The position numbers and the translations under genes were made by a program. 64,000 nucleotides of DNA from an uncultured bacterium (GTDB lineage Bacteria; B130-G9): NCBI GenBank assembly GCA_965372715.1, contig CBDVDH010000002.1, positions 1 through 64,000 of the forward strand. Direction: 5' to 3'. The notes beneath the pieces are model-generated. The model did no database searches and was not told the DNA's origin. It saw only the letters and a list, made by a program, of their open reading frames with translations. Each line of letters begins with the position of its first letter. Position 1 is the first letter of the stretch. Positions 57,983-64,000 of this stretch are shown here, one piece after another.

Positions 57983-59566
57983 CTACAAAGCCCTCTTTCT
58001 CTTCTTCCTGACGAAGTATCGAGACAGGCCAAAAATGGCGACCAGGACAGGGATGCCGAGCATGTTGCCGAACTTGATCCAGGCCTTGCTTCCTTCCGAG
58101 ATCTCCTCAAGCGGACGCTCGGCTGTGCCTCTGGTCCTGATGCCGACAAGGCCCTTGCCCAGCGTCATTACATCGATGAGGTTCTCGACGAATAGATCGT
58201 TTTGGCGATAGCGCGAGAGGAACTCGTCATTGACGAGGAAAGAGCCGCCCATGACGACGATCCTGGTCGGCTGGCTCTCCGGGACAACTTCCTGGTCCTT
58301 GCGGGCATATCGGGCGGCCTCTTCATTATCCGGCTTCGGCGCCTCCTGCCCTGCAAACAGGCTCTTGAAAGTGCCTGTGCCCTCGATAGCGAGCTCGTAG
58401 CTCCCGCTTGCGGTTCTCGTGAACTTCTGCTGCGGGCTCAGGTCGAACTGCTCGGTCTGAAGCCACGACGCCTCGGATGACCGGGCCAAGACGTCGTATT
58501 TGACGCCCGAATCTTCTCCAGCGATCATATCAACGGAGCTCGTCCAGGGGAATATCACGGACGACAGCTGCCTCACAGCCGGGTTATCCGCCGCCAGGCC
58601 CTTGGGGCCGACCTTGACCCAGAAGTTATATGGAAGCCGGAATTGCATGAACCTGCCCGAACTGAACGCCGCCATCGCGCAAACGCGGTCGAGCACAAGA
58701 TTCTCATTAACGCGAAGGCCGTAGCTCTCTAAGAGCTCATTGACATTGGATTTCGCGGGCGCTGCCCCGAGCTTGCCGCGCTCGCGGGCGATCACGTCGG
58801 TCATGAAGATGGCGTTCGCGCCGCCCATGATCGCCTGATCAATTTGGAACTTCTCCCAGTCCGAGAGCTCCTTCGCGCCCAGGACGACCAGTGTGTCAAC
58901 CTTGTCCAGGCCGCGGGGGCTTTGGAGGTCGATGTCCTTGACGTCATAGAGCTTCTGAAGCGCCTCCTTCAGCCGGGAGAAATCACCCTGGACGCTCATA
59001 TCCTCCGAAAGAGGCAGCAGACCCACGCTCTTGACCTCGGATGTCGTTACCTTGCTGATGCCCGACGTCAGCTGATACTCGAGGTTCTCCGTGCCGCGAA
59101 TGACGGGTATGACCTCTTTCTTATTCTCGTAAAGAATGGCCAGACCCAGATACACGGTTACGATCTCTGCCTTGTCCCTCTCGATCACGTTCAACCGAAC
59201 CGGCGGAATCCCCATGAACTGCATCTTCTGCTTCAGTTCTGGGTCGTCCGCGGGGTCGATGTATTCGACCTGAAGGTTGCCCCCCGAATACGCCTTGTAT
59301 TCGTCCAGAAGGTCCTCTACCTGGGTCCGAAGCGGCGCCACATACGTTGGCAGCTCCTTCGAGAAACAGACCTGAATCGTTACCAGGTCCTCAAGGCCCG
59401 CCAGAACAGTCTTTGTCGGGTCGGCGATCGTGAACTCCTTATCCTCGGTCAAGTCCGCCCTTGTGAAGTAGAGGCTGGAAAGGTAATTGACTACGACCAA
59501 TATGCACAGTGTTATAAGTGCGGAGGTTAACACAGTTGCGCCGTAGCTGGCCGTTCGCTTGACCAT
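57983..59566 (-). CDS. GldG-like ABC-type auxiliary component
   Basis: DLTEDKEFT, LLDEY, IDP and LEYQLT motifs; C-terminal TM with basic tail. Confidence 0.85.
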   Translation of the reverse strand: MVKRTASYGATVLTSALITLCILVVVNYLSSLYFTRADLTEDKEFTIADPTKTVLAGLEDLVTIQVCFSKELPTYVAPLRTQVEDLLDEYKAYSGGNLQVEYIDPADDPELKQKMQFMGIPPVRLNVIERDKAEIVTVYLGLAILYENKKEVIPVIRGTENLEYQLTSGISKVTTSEVKSVGLLPLSEDMSVQGDFSRLKEALQKLYDVKDIDLQSPRGLDKVDTLVVLGAKELSDWEKFQIDQAIMGGANAIFMTDVIARERGKLGAAPAKSNVNELLESYGLRVNENLVLDRVCAMAAFSSGRFMQFRLPYNFWVKVGPKGLAADNPAVRQLSSVIFPWTSSVDMIAGEDSGVKYDVLARSSEASWLQTEQFDLSPQQKFTRTASGSYELAIEGTGTFKSLFAGQEAPKPDNEEAARYARKDQEVVPESQPTRIVVMGGSFLVNDEFLSRYRQNDLFVENLIDVMTLGKGLVGIRTRGTAERPLEEISEGSKAWIKFGNMLGIPVLVAIFGLSRYFVRKKRKRAL

Positions 59567-59594
59567 TAGCTCTTCCTCAAAACTTCAAGAAGCA

Positions 59595-60311
59595 TCACGC
59601 CCATTTGCGACTCTCCACGCCCTTGACGTTTAGGAATAGAAAGAAGCCAATGACCGTCAGGTAATAGATGATGTCCCGAGAGTCGATGACGCCTCGGCCG
59701 ATGCTGTCGAAGTGCGAGCCTAAACCGATGAACTCAAGGACCCCGGCAAGCGCCGCCGGCGCCATGAAGACAACGATCCCCTCGCCGACGATCCACAGCC
59801 CGAAGCAGATAAAGAAGCTGATTATCGCCGCCACAATCTGATTTTCTGTGAGGCATGACACAAACAGCCCAATCGAGAGGTAGGCCGCCCCCATCAGGAA
59901 CGCGCCTAGGTAGCCGCCGATGACCGGGCCCCAATCCATGTTGCCCAGGCTCGATACGCAAAACGCCAGGGGTAGTGAGAGCACAAGCATCGCAACCAGC
60001 AGGAACAAGCTCGAGAAGAACTTGCCTAAAACCGCCTCCCAATCCCTTAGCGGCATCGTCATCAGAAGCTCCAGCGTGTTCAGCTTCTTCTCCTCCGCCC
60101 AGAGCCGCATCGCAATAAGAGGCGCAAACACCATGAACAGCCAGGGCAGCATCGTGAAGTAGAGCCTCATCGAGGCGCGGCCTGACATAAAGAAGCTCCT
60201 GAAAAACAGCCAGTTGGCGAAGCCAACGAACAGGATTATCACGATGTAGGCAATCGGAGAGTTGAAATATGACCGAAGCTCTTTTTGGAATACGGCGGCT
60301 ACGTTCTTCAT
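59595..60311 (-). CDS. GldF-like ABC-2 permease
   Basis: KELRSYFNSPIAY, MRLWAEEKK-NTLELLMT-P, TENQIVA and GVIDSRD motifs. Confidence 0.9.
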   Translation of the reverse strand: MKNVAAVFQKELRSYFNSPIAYIVIILFVGFANWLFFRSFFMSGRASMRLYFTMLPWLFMVFAPLIAMRLWAEEKKLNTLELLMTMPLRDWEAVLGKFFSSLFLLVAMLVLSLPLAFCVSSLGNMDWGPVIGGYLGAFLMGAAYLSIGLFVSCLTENQIVAAIISFFICFGLWIVGEGIVVFMAPAALAGVLEFIGLGSHFDSIGRGVIDSRDIIYYLTVIGFFLFLNVKGVESRKWA

Positions 60312-61255
60312 TGCGCGTCCCTCTCCTTAGTCGTCAGTTGCAGGAACACGTCCTCAAGACTTATTCGCTCGGTTCGCAGTTCCGAGAGGCTGAAGTCGTT
60401 CTCGACCACCATCTTGAACACCTCCTGGCCCACATCGCCGACGGGCTTTGCCTTTAGCACGAACGTCGAGGGCCCGTCCCCGGGACTCTCCACGACGCGG
60501 CAGCCGACAACGTTCTCCATCGCCTCGATCTTCTCTCTGACTTCCGCCTCAGGACCGTGAATCCTGGCGTGCACCGTGATATTGCCCTCGGTCGCCGCTG
60601 CAAGCTCATCCGGGGTGCCCGCTGCGACCTTTCTGCCCTCGTTAATGATTAGTATGCGGTCGCAAGTGGCGGAGACCTCGGGCAGGATGTGAGAGCATAG
60701 GATTACGGTTTTTTCCCTGCCGATGCGCTTGATGAGTTCGCGTATCTCGATTATCTGCGCGGGATCGAGTCCTGTCGTCGGCTCGTCCAGTATCAGGATG
60801 TCCGGGTTGTGGATCAGCGCTTGTGCAAGCCCGACGCGCTGTCTGAAACCCTTTGAGAGGGTGCCAATGTCCTGCCCTATCACCTCTTCTAGGCCGCAGA
60901 CCTCGGCGATCTTCCTGATCCGCTCGCGGCGAACATCGCTCGCTATCCCGCGAACTTGCGCCACAAATGAGAGGTAATCAGAAACGTCCATGTCGAGGTA
61001 CAAAGGCGCACTTTCAGGAAGGTAGCCGATGCGCTCGCGCACCTGAAACGAGTCGGTCAGTGTGTCGTGGCCGGCGACCGTAACAGTGCCGTCAGTTGCG
61101 GGCATGTAGCAAGTTATGATGCGCATCATCGTTGTCTTGCCCGCACCATTCGGACCCAAAAAGCCCAGGACTTCGCCCTTCTTGACCTCGAACGACAGGT
61201 TGTCAACGGCAACTGTCGCACCGAAGTTCTTCGTAACTCCCTTGACCTCAATCAC
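60308..61255 (-). CDS. GldA-like ABC ATP-binding protein
   Basis: GPNGAGKTT, LSKGFRQR and LDEPTTGLDP motifs. Confidence 0.92.
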   Translation of the reverse strand: MIEVKGVTKNFGATVAVDNLSFEVKKGEVLGFLGPNGAGKTTMMRIITCYMPATDGTVTVAGHDTLTDSFQVRERIGYLPESAPLYLDMDVSDYLSFVAQVRGIASDVRRERIRKIAEVCGLEEVIGQDIGTLSKGFRQRVGLAQALIHNPDILILDEPTTGLDPAQIIEIRELIKRIGREKTVILCSHILPEVSATCDRILIINEGRKVAAGTPDELAAATEGNITVHARIHGPEAEVREKIEAMENVVGCRVVESPGDGPSTFVLKAKPVGDVGQEVFKMVVENDFSLSELRTERISLEDVFLQLTTKERDAQ

Positions 61256-61330
61256 CCTAAAACTTATGCTCCGTCTATTGGCATCTTGAACAAGACATCA
61301 AGAACCGGGAGGCGCCCCGTGCGTCTGCGA

Positions 61331-61358
61331 ACTATACGAATCAACGGTCGCTTGTCAA
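61331..61358 (-). promoter_or_regulatory. Putative sigma70 promoter for the ABC operon
   Basis: TTGACA-16nt-TATAGT on the minus strand. Confidence 0.5.
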
Positions 61359-61506
61359 GAACTCCTACTGCGATTCTGCACCCAGTTTCAACCATTGTCT
61401 GCGTCATTAAATCGATAACACTGCTACCTTTGCAGTTGTTCCGGCGGCAAAGGGTTCGGAATACCTGCTTTTTCTACTTTGGAGGTTTGTGTAGTATTGG
61501 CTGGCC

Positions 61507-62928
61507 ATGAAGAAGGTTGAAGGACTTTCAGCGGGGACGTGTTCTAAACGCCGCGCGCTGTTCATGTTGACAGCATTCGCGGCCATCGCCTTGATAGTGG
61601 CTGTTTCTTTGCCCGCGGAGGAGGTCGAGAGGGCGCAGAGCGTGCGGGAGACGCCGGCTGTTCTGGCGGTTCGTGCAGCGCAGGATGCCGTGGTCAACAT
61701 CAGCACCGAGCGGATAGTGGAGCGGTCCTATCTGTTTGGCGACGAGATATTCGAGCGGCTGTTCAGGCACGGTCCGCTTCGCATGACCGAGAAGGAGACC
61801 AGCCTGGGCTCAGGCGTGGTAATCGACGATTTGAACCACGTGCTGACCAACGCGCACGTCGTGCGGAAAGCGTCGAGAATCTCGATCAAGGCGTCCGATG
61901 GCAACGTCTATCCGGGCAAGCTCATCGGCTGGGACATAAGGTCTGACATCGCTGTGCTTAAGATCGATGGCCCAGCGCCCTTGCCGCACGCAAAGATCGG
62001 AACCGCCAAGGACCTCATGATCGCCGAGACAGTAATCGCGATTGGCAACCCTTATGGATACTCGCACACTGTCACAACCGGCGTTGTTTCTGCGCTCAAT
62101 CGCGACATCGAGGTTGGAGGAACTCACGGCGAGGCGGAGGTTCTCTACGATCTCATCCAAACTGATGCGGCGATCAATCTGGGCAACTCTGGCGGGCCGC
62201 TGATCAACCTGATGGGCCAGGTCGTAGGGATCAACACGGCGATTCTCGACGCTGCGGAGGGAATGGGATTCGCGATACCGATCGACCGTGCGATGCGCGT
62301 CGTCGAAGACCTGATCTCATACGGTGAGGTCCATATCCCCTGGTTGGGAATCGCCACTGAGACGATGGAGCTGCCCAAGATACGGTCCGTTTCATTGCCG
62401 GATGCGCGAGTAACTGACGTGGTCGTTACGTTCGTGTTCTCGAAGGGGCCGGCAAATGGCAGCGTTCAGACTGGCGACCTGATAGAGCGAATCGGCGACG
62501 TGCCGGTCCGCTCCGAGAGGGAGTTTCGGACAAGGGTTAAGGACTACAAGGCGACGGACATCATCCCGCTTTCGATCAGCCGAAACGGCGCCTCGACTAG
62601 CGTGAAGCTCCATGCACGCGAGTTTCCGCTCGAACAAGCGCAGCTGCTTTGCTACGAGTGGCTCGGCTTCTGGGTTGAGGAGATAGACCTCGCGGGCAGT
62701 CGGCCAAGAAGTAGAAAGAGGTCATATATAGTCGTTGCGAAAGTGAGAGCAAGAGGCCCCGCGGACAAGGCCGGGTTACATAAGATGGACGTTCTAACCC
62801 AGATCAACGACAAGACAATCGAGACGCTCGACGACTTTCAGAAGGCCATGATGGCAGCGAGTGGCCGAGGCGGTATCTACGTTGAAATTAGGCGAGGCGC
62901 GCTGTATCTAAGGGGCACGATACCATAG
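61507..62928 (+). CDS. HtrA/DegP-family serine protease with two PDZ domains
   Basis: GSGVV, TNAHVV, DIAVLK and QTDAAINLGNSGGPL motifs; PDZ domains. Confidence 0.93.
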   Translation: MKKVEGLSAGTCSKRRALFMLTAFAAIALIVAVSLPAEEVERAQSVRETPAVLAVRAAQDAVVNISTERIVERSYLFGDEIFERLFRHGPLRMTEKETSLGSGVVIDDLNHVLTNAHVVRKASRISIKASDGNVYPGKLIGWDIRSDIAVLKIDGPAPLPHAKIGTAKDLMIAETVIAIGNPYGYSHTVTTGVVSALNRDIEVGGTHGEAEVLYDLIQTDAAINLGNSGGPLINLMGQVVGINTAILDAAEGMGFAIPIDRAMRVVEDLISYGEVHIPWLGIATETMELPKIRSVSLPDARVTDVVVTFVFSKGPANGSVQTGDLIERIGDVPVRSEREFRTRVKDYKATDIIPLSISRNGASTSVKLHAREFPLEQAQLLCYEWLGFWVEEIDLAGSRPRSRKRSYIVVAKVRARGPADKAGLHKMDVLTQINDKTIETLDDFQKAMMAASGRGGIYVEIRRGALYLRGTIP

Positions 62929-63054
62929 GAATGGGTTTCAGGTTTCAAGTTTCAAATTCAACGGCGAAAGTCCAAAGCCGTGTGGGGCGGGCTTTCCAGC
63001 CTGCGACAATCGGTTGGCGGCCGGTGGGTTCGCTGGGCAATTGACGGTGGTTCT

Positions 63055-63166
63055 GTAGGGGCGGTGCTTGCCCCGCCCTCCGTCTGTGGCGGCAATGCCC
63101 AGGGCGGTTCACGAGCCGCCCTTTGGGAACGATTTCGACAGGGCAGGCGCGGGGACCTGCCCCTAC
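63055..63166. repeat. REPIN-like cluster: two inverted GTAG REPs flanking a central palindrome
   Basis: gtaggggcggtgcttgccccgccct; agggcggttcacgagccgccct; agggcaggcgcggggacctgcccctac. Confidence 0.7.
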
Positions 63167-63189
63167 AATGACCTAATGGGATGCGCGAA

Positions 63190-64000
63190 ATGACGGCGAT
63201 GACGTTCTCTGAGAAGGTTCTGGCTAGGAAAGCGAGGCTTGACGAGGCCTCGCCGGGGCAGATCGTTACCGTAACGCCTGATTTTGTGATGTCTCACGAC
63301 AACGCGGCCGCGATCGCGAAGACGTTTGCCAAGATGGGCGCCGTGCGGGTATTTGACCCCGGGCGGGTCGTTATCATCCTGGACCACTGCGTGCCCGCGG
63401 CGAGCGAGAAATACGCCCAGAATCACAAGACCGTACGTGAGTTCGTGGCCGCGCAGGGCATCGAGAACTTCTTCGACATATCGCACGGGGTGTGCCATCA
63501 GGTGTTGTGTGAACAGGGGTTTGCGACACCAGGCGCTGTCATCTTGGGGAGCGATTCGCACACAACGACCTGCGGTGCGCTCGGCGCATTCTCGGCCGGC
63601 ATCGGCAGGACCGAGATGGCGGCGATCTGGGCGACAGGGAGCGTGTGGTTGAAGGTTCCCGCCACGATCAAGATCGTGATCTCAGGCGTGCTTACCCCAC
63701 CCGTGTCCGCCAAGGACGTCGCGCTTCGCATCATCCGCGAGATACGTGCGGACGGCGCTAACTACCAGGCGGTCGAGTTCTGTGGGGACGCGGTCTCCGC
63801 GATGAGCATTGCCGAGCGGATGCTTCTGTGCAACATGGCGGCCGAGATGGGCGCCAAGAATGCCTACGTGCCCCCCGACGAGAAGACGCGTGGGTGGCTG
63901 GCTGGGCGACAGCGGACGGAGTTCGAGCCTGTCCATTCCGACCCCGAGGCGCAGTTCAGCCGGGTCATGGTGCTTGACGTCTCTGACCTGGAACCTCAGG
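63190..64000 (+). CDS. 3-isopropylmalate dehydratase/homoaconitase large subunit (runs off window)
   Basis: MTFSEKVLA, SHDN, LDH, GVCHQ, GSDSHTTT-GA, W-KVP, KD and CNMAAEMGAK motifs. Confidence 0.9.
   Translation, partial: MTAMTFSEKVLARKARLDEASPGQIVTVTPDFVMSHDNAAAIAKTFAKMGAVRVFDPGRVVIILDHCVPAASEKYAQNHKTVREFVAAQGIENFFDISHGVCHQVLCEQGFATPGAVILGSDSHTTTCGALGAFSAGIGRTEMAAIWATGSVWLKVPATIKIVISGVLTPPVSAKDVALRIIREIRADGANYQAVEFCGDAVSAMSIAERMLLCNMAAEMGAKNAYVPPDEKTRGWLAGRQRTEFEPVHSDPEAQFSRVMVLDVSDLEPQ

Overview
Bacterial chromosomal window of moderately high GC; the lineage cannot be determined from the sequence alone. 0.1-2.3 kb: redox genes (TlpA-like thioredoxin, nitroreductase, OsmC). 2.5-34.4 kb: a ~32-kb minus-strand surface-glycan locus with a nucleotide-sugar epimerase, kdsA, kdsD, an MsbA/PglK-like ABC flippase, two Methyltransf_24-type methyltransferases (one frameshifted), a polysaccharide pyruvyl-transferase, 5 GT2, 9 GT4, an O-antigen ligase/Wzy-like protein, a CapK-like ligase and a DegT aminotransferase. 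This locus carries many rearrangement scars: two separate GT2-head/ABC-tail chimeras joined at microhomologies, a decayed DegT gene, and short ORFs bridging many gene gaps. 34.7-64 kb: housekeeping genes (pckA, csp, purA, yraN, lipA, SPOR protein, uvrB, uvrC, GldAFG-like ABC + DUF4340, HtrA, partial leuC/hacA) with accessory inserts. The inserts are a Schlafen/AlbA_2 gene with an orphan HicB, three tandem HEPN-MNT modules between uvrB and uvrC, and an AAA-ATPase/DUF4276 pair followed by a probable helicase/HicB deletion scar. Three unlinked signal-peptide proteins share a ~115-125 aa C-terminal domain that is a candidate undescribed sorting/anchoring domain. Several REP/REPIN-like palindromic repeat families are present. 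No rRNA, tRNA or CRISPR array was recognised. All calls come from reading motifs by eye; no database searches were run.
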